Origin: Dehalococcoidia bacterium
GTDB taxonomy: Bacteria > Chloroflexota > Dehalococcoidia > Plut-88900
DNA: 64,000 bases
Assembly: GCA_965197585.1 (NCBI GenBank)
Contig: OZ240215.1
Span: 1,056,001-1,120,000 of the forward strand
Direction: 5' to 3'
Shown here: positions 1 through 9,105 of the stretch, piece after piece
Layout: every line of letters starts with the position of its first letter
Numbering within the stretch: the stretch's first letter is position 1
Position numbers and translations under genes: made by a program
The notes under the pieces: generated by a model
Database searches by the model: none
The model's input: only the letters and a program-made list of their open reading frames with translations
Told to the model about the DNA's origin: nothing

Positions 1-44
1 AGGTGCTATAAAGCGGCTACTTGAGCCCCTTATAGTACGGTTTC

Positions 45-2339
45 TTAGGAACTGCCGTTCCCACCGTTCTTCTTCTGAAGGGCATCCGTGATCGCCCCCG
101 GGTTCATGGGTGTCGAATTGAATCGTATCCCTGTGGCCTTGTGTATTGCGTTGGCAATTACCGCAATCGGAGGAACGATGCTTGCCTCGCCGACTCCCCT
201 GACTCCGAAAGGATGCCCAGGGTTGGGGCACTCCACGATGACCGTGTCGATCATCGGGAGATCGAGGGAGGTGGGCATCCTGTAGTCCAGGAAGCTGCTG
301 TTGGTGAAGTCTCCGCTGTCGTTGTAGTAGTACTCTTCGTTGAGTGTCCAGCCGATACCCTGGACTGCCCCACCCTGCATCTGTCCTTCGACATAGCTGG
401 GGTGTACAGCCTTTCCGGCGTCCTGGAATGCGGTGTATCGGAGCAGTTCAACCTTGCCCGTCTCGGGGTCCACTTCCACGTCGGCAATGGCGCCGGCATA
501 GGAGCCGCCGATACCGGAGGGATTAACCGTGGCGCTGCCCACTACGGCTCCACCCACTTCCCGGGCTCGACCGGCCAGCTCTTTGAAGGTCAGCTTCAGT
601 TCGGAGTCAGACGTAGAGCTGATGACGCCATTTTCGTACTGTACGCTGCTCTCATCGGCTTCCCATATGCGGGCTGCCCGCGCGATCATCTGCTTTTTCA
701 CGCTCTCGGCGGCCTCGCAGGCGGCCAGTCCGGTGGCGAAGGTGGTCCGACTGCCGTCCGATTGGGCGGTATAGCCTATGGAGTCTGTGTCCACTACGGC
801 TGGGTTCACGTCTTCCGCCTGGATACCGAGGACCTCGGCGGCCTGCATGGCGATGGAAGCCCTGGTCCCACCGATGTCAGCGGAGCCTTCCAGGAGGTTT
901 ACGGTACCGTCGTCGTTGACGCTGATCGTGCAGGCCGAGGGCTCACCAATGTTGAACCAGAAGCCAAGTCCCACCCCGCGGCCCCGGTTGGGTCCTTCCA
1001 GGGGAGCCGAGTAATGGGGGTGGCTCTTTATTGCCTCCATGATTTCCATAGAACCAATTTGCGGGTTGATGGGACCGTCTATCCGACGGGTACCCTCCTT
1101 GGCGGCGTTGGCCAGGCGCAACTCAATGGGCTCCATGCCGAGCTTTTCAGCCAGCTGGTCCACAAGTTGTTCACTGGCGAAGGTCGCGTTGGGCGCCCCC
1201 GGGGCCCGGTAGGCCGCCGACTTGGGCTTGTTGACCACAACGTCGTAACCTTCGGACATCTGGTTCGGGATGTCGTAGGCGGCGAAAATGCACATGGTGC
1301 CGCAGATAACCAGGGCGCCGGGGTAGGCGCCTGCATCGTAGGCCAAGTAGGACTCGCAGGCGACCATCTTTCCGTCTTTGGTTGCGCCGAGCCTCGCCTT
1401 TACATAAGAGGCGCAAGTCGGGCCCGTTGCCTCGAATACCTCTCGGCGAGACATCACTATCTTGACCGACTGACCAGACTTCTTCGACAACAGGGCGGCT
1501 ACCGGCTCAATGTAGATCTCGGTCTTTCCTCCGAAGCCGCCACCGATCTCCTGGGTCATTACTTTGACCTGGGATACGGGAATGCCAAGGATGTCTGCGG
1601 TGCGGTCTCTTACCAGGAATCCGCCCTGGGTGCTGCACCATACATGGACACGTCCGTCTTCGTTCCAGAGGGCAGTGCAGGGGTGAGGCTCAATGTAACC
1701 CTGGTGGACGGTCTGGCAGGAGTATTCGCCTTCGACAATGACGTCGGCTTCGGCGAAGCCCTTCTCTATGTCTCCCTGGTCCAGTTTGTAGTAGCTGGCG
1801 ATATTGCCCGGCTTTTCGGCCGGCGCACCACCGATGTCAGCGTACATGTCCTCGTGGAGAAGAGGCGCACCCTCTTTCATGGCCTCTCGGGCGCTGAACA
1901 CGCCCGGCAGGACTTCGTAGTCGACTTCTATGAGCTCAACCGCTTCCTCGGCGACGTGGGCGCTCGTGGCGGCCACGGCTGCTATAGCATGGCCCTGGTA
2001 GAGGGCCTTGTCTCCGGCGAGTATGTTGTTCCTTCGCCACCGCAGTCCCCGGTCGTCTCCCGGATCGGGAAAGTCTTTTCCGGTCACGACGGCCTGCACC
2101 CCTTCCAGGGCTTCGGCTTTACTGGTGTCAATAGACTTGATCCGGGCATGGGCGTGGGGGCTGCGCAGGATCTTCCCTTGCAACGGCGAGGTCTTCGGGA
2201 AGTCGGCGCCGTAATTGGCCCTTCCCGTCACCTTGTCGGCCCCGTCGTGTCGAATGGGCCTTGAGCCTATCACGTCGAATTGCGTGTTCGACAATACGAC
2301 GTTAGGCTCATAGTCCTGCTGCGGTTTCGTTGTGGTCAT
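45..2339 (-). CDS. Xanthine dehydrogenase/CoxL-family molybdopterin-binding large subunit
   Basis: 764 aa with RSPHAHARI, GGGFGGK, GQMQGGAVQGIG and GVGE motifs. Active-site loop is AYRAPGAP, not a CO dehydrogenase motif. Confidence 0.92.
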   Translation of the reverse strand: MTTTKPQQDYEPNVVLSNTQFDVIGSRPIRHDGADKVTGRANYGADFPKTSPLQGKILRSPHAHARIKSIDTSKAEALEGVQAVVTGKDFPDPGDDRGLRWRRNNILAGDKALYQGHAIAAVAATSAHVAEEAVELIEVDYEVLPGVFSAREAMKEGAPLLHEDMYADIGGAPAEKPGNIASYYKLDQGDIEKGFAEADVIVEGEYSCQTVHQGYIEPHPCTALWNEDGRVHVWCSTQGGFLVRDRTADILGIPVSQVKVMTQEIGGGFGGKTEIYIEPVAALLSKKSGQSVKIVMSRREVFEATGPTCASYVKARLGATKDGKMVACESYLAYDAGAYPGALVICGTMCIFAAYDIPNQMSEGYDVVVNKPKSAAYRAPGAPNATFASEQLVDQLAEKLGMEPIELRLANAAKEGTRRIDGPINPQIGSMEIMEAIKSHPHYSAPLEGPNRGRGVGLGFWFNIGEPSACTISVNDDGTVNLLEGSADIGGTRASIAMQAAEVLGIQAEDVNPAVVDTDSIGYTAQSDGSRTTFATGLAACEAAESVKKQMIARAARIWEADESSVQYENGVISSTSDSELKLTFKELAGRAREVGGAVVGSATVNPSGIGGSYAGAIADVEVDPETGKVELLRYTAFQDAGKAVHPSYVEGQMQGGAVQGIGWTLNEEYYYNDSGDFTNSSFLDYRMPTSLDLPMIDTVIVECPNPGHPFGVRGVGEASIVPPIAVIANAIHKATGIRFNSTPMNPGAITDALQKKNGGNGSS

Positions 2340-2365
2340 AGGTCCAACTCCTTATCAGTGTGGGA

Positions 2366-4054
2366 TCAGGATACCATGTCACAACTGCGGAGGAGCTTAC
2401 CCGGAAGGGCGCCCGTGCAGTCGTTTCCTTCGAATGTAACTGCGCCGTTCACTAGTGTGTAGCGCAGACCCGTTGGTTTCTGGATGATGCGGCGTTCGCC
2501 GCCGGGGAAGTCGTGGGCGTAGATCATTTTGTCGTGCTGGAACCCGAGTTCGTCCAGATTATAGACCATCACGTCAGCCCAGTCTCCGACCCTGAGGGTG
2601 CCCCGGTCCTTAAAGTCGGCAAACCAGCCGGGAAGAGCGCTCATCTTGTAGTGGCCCTGTTCCAGGCTCATGATCTGTCTGTCCCTGATCCAGTAGGTCA
2701 GGAACTCTACGGGCCAGGTGCTCGTGGTGAGGTATCGGGTGTGGGCGCCGCCGTCGGACACGGAGACGTGACCGTAGGGGCTCAGGATGTTCTCGTCGAG
2801 AGGCCGGGGGTCGACGGGGTGGGCGAAGACGGTTTCAAGACCTTCGTCCAGGGCGAGGTCCAGGAAGGCGTCGACCGGGTGCTTGCCCTGGGCGGCGGCA
2901 ATCTCGGCTATGGTGCTGCCGTCGTACTTGTAGTTGCGCTCGTGCATGGTCTCCAGGACGGTGACCCGGGACCAGTCTGTGCGAAGGAGCTGCCGGGCGT
3001 CGGCGTCCCTCTTCATTTCGTCACGAATGTCGGGGTCCTTCAGCTTTAGGGTGCGCTCCTCTATGGAGCCAACAAGCGGGTTGACCCAGCCGGGCAGCGA
3101 GTCGAAGAGGTTGTACTCGGAGAGCTGGAACTCGGCGTTGACTTCCATCACCAGTTCCTGGGTGAAGAGGGGAAGGCCCTCAGCCCGCATCTGGGCGACC
3201 CACTCGTCCCGAGCAGACTCCTGCTCCAGGAGGACGTGAAGGGGCCGGCCACTGGTCCGCATCATCTGACTCAGGAGTTCACGCTGTTTGGCCGGGCTCT
3301 TTTCGGGGGGAAGGCCGCCGGACTGGGCTATGGTCCAGCCGATGTGGCCCACGCCGAACTCGCTGAGAACCTCGGACAGGCCGAGGTATTCCTCGTTGGA
3401 GGCTACGTGGCTGGGGAGCCAGGATCCGTCCTCGGGGCGGTCGCCGGTGTTCATGTCGGCGGAAAAGCCGAAGGCGCCGGCCTGCATGGCTTCGTAGAAG
3501 ATACGCTTCATCTCGTTCAGTTCGACGTCGGTGACGGAGGTGCGCTCCCTGGAGGCCATCATACCGATGACGTAGGCCCTCAGCGGCGAGAAGGGAAATA
3601 CGGAGCCGACGTTAACGCCGAGCCCCTGGTTGTCCAGGCTGTCCAGGTACTCGGGAAAAGTCTCCCAGTCCCAGCGCATCCCGAGCCGCATAGATTCCAG
3701 CGGAATCGCCTCGATGCGATTCATCATGCGCATGTTGAGTTCCCGGTCCTCGGGACGGGTGGGTGCGAAGCCGAAGCCGCACTGCCCGATGGTCAGGGAA
3801 GTGACCCCGAACCAGCCGGAAAGAGTGGCGTAGGGGTCCCAGTTAAGCTGGGCGTCGTAGTGGGTGTGGAGGTCGATGGCCCCTGGAGCGACGATACACC
3901 CCGAGGCGTCGATCTCCTTGGCGGCGCCTACAGGGATACGCCCGCTTATGCGGGCCACGCGCCCGTCCTTAATGGCAAGGTCTCCCCGGTACCGAGGGAT
4001 GCCGGTCCCGTCCACGATGGTCCCGCCTCTAATGACAACGTCGAACTCATTCAT
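2366..4054 (-). CDS. N-acyl-D-amino-acid deacylase family amidohydrolase
   Basis: IDLHTHYD metal motif, GTIVDGTG N-terminus, SDGGAH. Start moved to ATG at 4054 (MNEFDVV), which has GGAGG upstream. Confidence 0.88.
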   Translation of the reverse strand: MNEFDVVIRGGTIVDGTGIPRYRGDLAIKDGRVARISGRIPVGAAKEIDASGCIVAPGAIDLHTHYDAQLNWDPYATLSGWFGVTSLTIGQCGFGFAPTRPEDRELNMRMMNRIEAIPLESMRLGMRWDWETFPEYLDSLDNQGLGVNVGSVFPFSPLRAYVIGMMASRERTSVTDVELNEMKRIFYEAMQAGAFGFSADMNTGDRPEDGSWLPSHVASNEEYLGLSEVLSEFGVGHIGWTIAQSGGLPPEKSPAKQRELLSQMMRTSGRPLHVLLEQESARDEWVAQMRAEGLPLFTQELVMEVNAEFQLSEYNLFDSLPGWVNPLVGSIEERTLKLKDPDIRDEMKRDADARQLLRTDWSRVTVLETMHERNYKYDGSTIAEIAAAQGKHPVDAFLDLALDEGLETVFAHPVDPRPLDENILSPYGHVSVSDGGAHTRYLTTSTWPVEFLTYWIRDRQIMSLEQGHYKMSALPGWFADFKDRGTLRVGDWADVMVYNLDELGFQHDKMIYAHDFPGGERRIIQKPTGLRYTLVNGAVTFEGNDCTGALPGKLLRSCDMVS

Positions 4055-4143
4055 CTCTAATCCTCCACTACATGCACTTCGGCTAGGCTGGGGACTCCTC
4101 GGCATTATACAGAGGTTTGCGCTTCTCTGCCTTTATTTTCTGC

Positions 4144-6165
4144 TCAACCCCAGACCTTCCACCAGGGACGTTCGGGGCTGAGGCGCGTGCCTAAGAATTC
4201 CTCCAAGCTTTTGCGGTTCAGTACCGTGCGTCCTCCGCTGCTGGCATCTTCGTCTATAAGAGTCGAGGGGACGTCATCCCAGTCAAAGCCTCGCCTGCCA
4301 AACGCATCCCGAGGCTCCCAAACGATAATTCTGTCGCCATCCGCGGTCCAACCGTTAGGCGCCTCTCCCTCACCTTTAGCGTAGGCTGATTTTCTTAGTA
4401 GGTTTTTTAGGCGTGCCTTGACCCGGTCGTACCGTTTTTCCGCATAGGAGAGCCAAGTTACTGAGTTAAGCCATTTGGGAGGGGTACCGGTGATGGATTC
4501 TGCGAGGATGGCGCTTATAACGCCCGAAGATAGGGCGAGCCAGTCCGGCGGGAGTCGGTCTTTCTCCAACAGGTCCATAACCTCCGCCAGGTAACGGCGG
4601 TACAAATGGCCCGTGAGTGCTCTGCGCATCTCTTGTATCCGACCCTGCAGCTTTTGGCGTAACTCCTCGTTGTGGGCAGGCAAAGCCGTTGTTGTGTATA
4701 TCATCAAACTGCGCTTGACGACTTCATCGGGAAAGGACTGCGGCTCTGCGTTCATGGAGAGAATGAAACCCGGATGCTCCTCGGTGTCGGGATGGAGCTC
4801 ATTCTTGATCATGTCTCGGCCGTGACGGTTGAAGGCGTTTCGTCCGATATCGTCGAATACGACGGGAAATCGCTTGTATCCGTATTGGAGCCCGCGTAGC
4901 TGTGAAGTGGTAAAGCTCCGCTTGTCCAGCGTATGAGCTATGCCGAACATGGACGTCATAAGGGTATCCACCAAGGTAGTCTTTCCGCAGTTGGATTTAC
5001 CAAAAACGATGGCAAACGATGGATAGCGGATTACGTCACTGTCCTGTAGCAGCGCAAGAGAGCGCATGTCGCAAATGAACGGCGAGAAGTAGAGCCACGA
5101 GGCCAGTATGAAGTAGTCTCGTTGCAGGCGTGACACGTCGCCTTCAAATGCTCCTTCATAATTCTGGAAGTACTCCAATATCAACTTTGCGTCGCGTTCA
5201 ACTAGTCGAGTGTCCCATTCCAGGGGGAAGAGTTCGCCTGACAGCGAGGCGGTGCGGTTGGCCCTGTCGATGGAGAAGTAGCGGTTGTCGGCCTCCTCCG
5301 CGGACTTGACCAGCTTGATGCGGCTTATCTCCCGCTTCACCTCGGGGGTGATTCTTTGGATGCCGTTGCTGATGGCGGGAGCCGCCGCGGACAAGCGCGG
5401 GGCCAGGACGGCTGCTACTTTTTCTACCCGTTGAATCTGCACCGGCATCGTTGTATGAGACTCGGCGGGCTTGGGCGCTTCTATTATGAGGGTTCCTGAT
5501 ATATCGGACAGTACGGGAGTGTCCGGCACCTCGATTTCTGCCTTGGTTATGTGATCCTCGGGCAGCTTGATTTCGTCGGACGCCGAGTCCCTGATTGCCT
5601 CGTACATTCGGTTGTAATGAGCCCACGCGGCTTCGTCATCATCGAAGATGACCAAGGTCTCGGGCTGCCTGCCTGAGAAGGCTTGCTCGGAGAGGTTGGC
5701 AGACCCGACGATTACGCGGTTGTGGCCTTCAGCGTTGGAAAGCAGGTAAATCTTGGCGTGAGCGATGGCCTTTCGAAGGACCCGGAATCGGGCCTGTCCA
5801 GCGTGCACCTTTTCGAGAATGTGAACGTGCCTGTCATCCTTCAGGCCCATGATGGCGGCACGCGTATCACCTACCACCACCTTCTGAAAAGCGAGGATAT
5901 TCTTGATGTCCCTCAGCGTCCCTTCATAGCCAAATACGCACTCGAAAGAGTTGAAGGAATAGTTATCCAGCATCCGCACGATTGCATTGACGCTTGCGGA
6001 GTAGGTGAGGACCCGCAGCTGGTCATAACTTTCAAAGAGGGACCAATCGAACTGCCGCTCGCTCAGGAATCGGGCGTTGACGACACGCAAACCGGAACCG
6101 TCGTCCAACTTAAGTATGGACTGGCTCGCGTTATCGCCGTTGGGTTCAGGCGTGAACATGTCCAT
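4144..6165 (-). CDS. PLD-family (NgoFVII-like HxK) nuclease fused to a P-loop NTPase domain
   Basis: HAKIYLL...GSANLS PLD half-site in the N-terminal part; Walker A GKSNCGKTT and Walker B-like VVFDD in the C-terminal part. Confidence 0.75.
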   Translation of the reverse strand: MDMFTPEPNGDNASQSILKLDDGSGLRVVNARFLSERQFDWSLFESYDQLRVLTYSASVNAIVRMLDNYSFNSFECVFGYEGTLRDIKNILAFQKVVVGDTRAAIMGLKDDRHVHILEKVHAGQARFRVLRKAIAHAKIYLLSNAEGHNRVIVGSANLSEQAFSGRQPETLVIFDDDEAAWAHYNRMYEAIRDSASDEIKLPEDHITKAEIEVPDTPVLSDISGTLIIEAPKPAESHTTMPVQIQRVEKVAAVLAPRLSAAAPAISNGIQRITPEVKREISRIKLVKSAEEADNRYFSIDRANRTASLSGELFPLEWDTRLVERDAKLILEYFQNYEGAFEGDVSRLQRDYFILASWLYFSPFICDMRSLALLQDSDVIRYPSFAIVFGKSNCGKTTLVDTLMTSMFGIAHTLDKRSFTTSQLRGLQYGYKRFPVVFDDIGRNAFNRHGRDMIKNELHPDTEEHPGFILSMNAEPQSFPDEVVKRSLMIYTTTALPAHNEELRQKLQGRIQEMRRALTGHLYRRYLAEVMDLLEKDRLPPDWLALSSGVISAILAESITGTPPKWLNSVTWLSYAEKRYDRVKARLKNLLRKSAYAKGEGEAPNGWTADGDRIIVWEPRDAFGRRGFDWDDVPSTLIDEDASSGGRTVLNRKSLEEFLGTRLSPERPWWKVWG

Positions 6166-6444
6166 GAGGCAACTTTACGGATCGCTCGCAGACATGTCCA
6201 CCCTGAATGTGGTCGATCAGTTGTAGGCGAGTCGACTCAATGGCTGATGTCTCGTGAGCATGGAACTACGCCCCCTTGTACAGCAAGTGCAGGTCGAAGG
6301 GCGGAATCCCAATCTCCAAGTAGTGGAGGGGCATCAGGCGCTGTCTCGACATTCTGTCCACCAGGGCTCGGCTAGCCTGACACCTCATGCACTCAACTTA
6401 ATGTAGATAAGTTCCAGGGCAGGCGGCTCCTGGACACTCCGAGG

Positions 6445-7617
6445 CTAAGCCCCCTTCACGTTGACGAACTGGCTGAAGCGATGGACAACCGACACCAGCT
6501 CGGCTGATTGCTCCATGACGAGGTCTATGTCCTTGTAGGCGCCGGGCAGCTCATCCAGGAATGCCTCCGACCTCTTCACTTCGATTCCCTCCATCAGCCG
6601 GTCAAAGTCATCCATGCTGAATAACTCTCGGGCCCGCCTCCGGCTGAACCGGCGTCCCGCTCCATGTGGAGAGGTCGACATCGCCGGAACACAACCCTTG
6701 CCCTTCACGACGTACGACGCCGTTCCCATTGACCCGGGTATCAGGCCCATCTGCCCCTCCTTCGCCATGATGGCGCCCTTCCGGCTGACCCACAGGTCTC
6801 GCCCAAAGTGCTGCTCCTTCTGGGTGAAGTTGTGATGGCACTGAATCGTATCGACGACCTGCATCTGCGGAACCCGGTGACCCAACAGCCCGATGAGCCG
6901 GTCCATCATTTCTTGCCGGTTGAGCAATGCAAAATGTTGTGCCCACATCAAGTCCTGATGGTACGCGTCGAACTGCGGCGTCCCCTCCGTCAGATAGGCC
7001 AGGTCGAGGTCTTCAAGCTGAATGTGGGATTCGGTCATCAGGTCGCGCGCCACTCGGATGTGGAACATCGCCAACTTGTTGCCGATGCCCCGAGACCCGC
7101 TATGAAGGAACAGCCACACGCTTTCGTGCTCGTCCGTCACCAGCTCGATGAAGTGGTTGCCTGAGCCGAGCGACCCTAGCTGGGGACGCCATCTGGGCGC
7201 TATCTTTGTGTACTCCGCCAGACGCTCACCGGCCAGACGTTCCAGCTCCAACACCTTCGAGACGGCCGTCCGCTTGATGGACCGATTGTACTTTCCGGCG
7301 CTTAACGGAATCTGATGTTCGATGGCCTCACGGATTTCGACCAGGTCGTCAGGCACGTCGCCGCGTACCAGCGACGTCTTGACGGCAATCATACCGCATC
7401 CGATGTCCACCCCTATCGCCGCCGGAATCAGCGCCCGTTCGGTCGGGATGCAGCTTCCAACCGCCGCACCCTTACCCAGATGGCAGTCGGGCATCACGGC
7501 AACATGCGGCTGAACGAACGGCAGCCTGCTGATGCGCTTAACCTGCTCGACGACATCGGGCTCCAGCTGGGCTTCCGGCACCCAGCTCAATACTTTGTCC
7601 GCTATCTTTTCCGGCAT
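6445..7617 (-). CDS. rtcB: RtcB family RNA 3'-phosphate/5'-OH ligase
   Basis: MPDCHLG, GVDIGCG, GSGNHFIE, HSGSRG, HHN, RKGA, PGSMG, HGAGR and DELPGAYK motifs. Confidence 0.95.
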   Translation of the reverse strand: MPEKIADKVLSWVPEAQLEPDVVEQVKRISRLPFVQPHVAVMPDCHLGKGAAVGSCIPTERALIPAAIGVDIGCGMIAVKTSLVRGDVPDDLVEIREAIEHQIPLSAGKYNRSIKRTAVSKVLELERLAGERLAEYTKIAPRWRPQLGSLGSGNHFIELVTDEHESVWLFLHSGSRGIGNKLAMFHIRVARDLMTESHIQLEDLDLAYLTEGTPQFDAYHQDLMWAQHFALLNRQEMMDRLIGLLGHRVPQMQVVDTIQCHHNFTQKEQHFGRDLWVSRKGAIMAKEGQMGLIPGSMGTASYVVKGKGCVPAMSTSPHGAGRRFSRRRARELFSMDDFDRLMEGIEVKRSEAFLDELPGAYKDIDLVMEQSAELVSVVHRFSQFVNVKGA

Positions 7618-7646
7618 ATCTTCCTCTTAATGGGTGGACCTAATCT

Positions 7647-8384
7647 CTAAGGCAAGGCCGCGGGCCCTGACAGCAACCTTCCGAAACCCTCGATTGGGTT
7701 GGTTAGTCCCAACTTGCCGAATATGGCCCAGATGTTGGCCTGGTTCGACGTGACTGCAGATTTGCCCGTCTTCCGCTCCAGCCGGTCGACCATCTCCAGG
7801 GCTCGCCACGCGGTGCAGGAGCAAAAGATGCCGTCGGCCTCGCGGCTGAGGGACTGGGCGGCGAACTCCAGGATGTCTTCGGGTTCCCGGTCGTTGATCA
7901 TCCGGTCGGGGCCTTCCCGTGTCCAGTTATCGGCTTCCAGGTTCAACACCTCGAACCCCGACTTCTCCATGTAGTCCCATAGCCTGTCGTTGTTCCATTT
8001 CGGGTACGGCGTGGCGATGGACAACTTACGAATGCCCAGCGAGCGAAGGGCCATTGCCACCGAGTGTGTGGTCACAGCCGCCGGCAGCCCCGACTCCCCC
8101 TCGATCATGCGAATCAACTCTTCATCCCAGCCCGGGCCTTTGTAGAAGCTGGACGTTGTGCCTCCGTAGGCAATGGCATCCATACCGGCGGTACAGAGAT
8201 ATCGGACGGCATTTAGGACTTCCGAGTTCATGCGGTCCATCTGGTCCTGCCCGAGATCATTTTCCGGAAGCCACATGCGGTGACTGTGGAGCGTGACGTT
8301 GGAAGGGGCAGCCATGTAGAAGTCCGGCTCATATGTCGCGTCGGATGACGGGACAATCAGGCCTATTCTTATTCGACGTGACAT
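7647..8384 (-). CDS. Asp/Glu racemase superfamily (maleate isomerase/arylmalonate decarboxylase-like)
   Basis: IGLIVPSS, ATPYP, FCSCT and VTSNQA motifs. The first catalytic position is Gly (AYGGT). Confidence 0.85.
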   Translation of the reverse strand: MSRRIRIGLIVPSSDATYEPDFYMAAPSNVTLHSHRMWLPENDLGQDQMDRMNSEVLNAVRYLCTAGMDAIAYGGTTSSFYKGPGWDEELIRMIEGESGLPAAVTTHSVAMALRSLGIRKLSIATPYPKWNNDRLWDYMEKSGFEVLNLEADNWTREGPDRMINDREPEDILEFAAQSLSREADGIFCSCTAWRALEMVDRLERKTGKSAVTSNQANIWAIFGKLGLTNPIEGFGRLLSGPAALP

Positions 8385-8632
8385 CGCACACTCCCTTCGA
8401 GCCTAGACAAGCGAATACCGGGAAACCCAGGTCTACGTGGCTGTCCACCAGAACGCCAGACTCAATTGTGTTCGGCAGCGAACACGTGAGTCGCCCCAAC
8501 CTTATAGGCGGCGGCTGGATAAGTCTATCGTAGAGATGCCTCTGCATCTATGCGGAACTGTGAGAGGGGAGAACCAGTGAATGTTAAGATAGGCTATGCT
8601 GCAAGCGTCGTAAGTCGTGTTGATGGGGAAAT

Positions 8633-8863
8633 GTGATGCAGAGGACTATAAGGGCGAAATACAAAAATGGACATATTGTCCCCGTAGAACCGTTGGACAT
8701 GGAGGAGGGTAGAGAACTCCTGGTGACTGTGGAAGAACCGACTCATGAGAATGCAGATGCAGAGGACGCGGCCTTGGCTCGGGCGATAACCGAGGGCCTT
8801 GAAAGCGCGCCTGTCGACAAGGCGGAGGTAATAGGAATCTTGCAAAGCCCGGGTGAGGCTTGA
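8633..8863 (+). CDS. Antitoxin, AF2212/DUF104-like
   Basis: TIRAKYKNGHIVPVEPLDMEEG N-terminus typical of DUF104; overlaps the start of a RelE-like ORF. Confidence 0.7.
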   Translation: MMQRTIRAKYKNGHIVPVEPLDMEEGRELLVTVEEPTHENADAEDAALARAITEGLESAPVDKAEVIGILQSPGEA

Positions 8864-9014
8864 GTTCCGAAGCGGTTTCAGCCGGGACTTAAGGCGCATA
8901 CGCAACGCTGAGGTACTGGACAGAGTCCTGTCAGTAACCGAGGAAATGGAAGCGGTGTCGATGTCACCGAGATTCTGGGTGCCGGCAAGTTTGCTACTAG
9001 TGACCGCTAATTAA
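8853..9014 (+). pseudogene. Truncated/frameshifted RelE/ParE-family toxin
   Basis: GTG at 8853 gives MRLEFRSGFSRDLRRIRNAEVLDRVLSVTEEMEA, a RelE-like N-terminus. The frame closes after 53 codons with no YRxRxG-type catalytic C-terminus. Not in the ORF track. Confidence 0.6.
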
Positions 9015-9105
9015 CCCCTAGCGTAAATCTAGGACATTTGATCTTTAAAAGGCGTGCCAAGATTAATTTCCCGCAAGCGGAGGATGGTCTGGCTTGGGTA
9101 GCCTT

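Noticed and set aside
141-2264. 707-aa + strand ORF and many other long antisense ORFs (e.g. 15460..16434, 27572..28687, 31418..32452)
   Set aside because: They are shadows of well-supported genes on the opposite strand, as expected in high-GC DNA, and carry no recognisable motifs.
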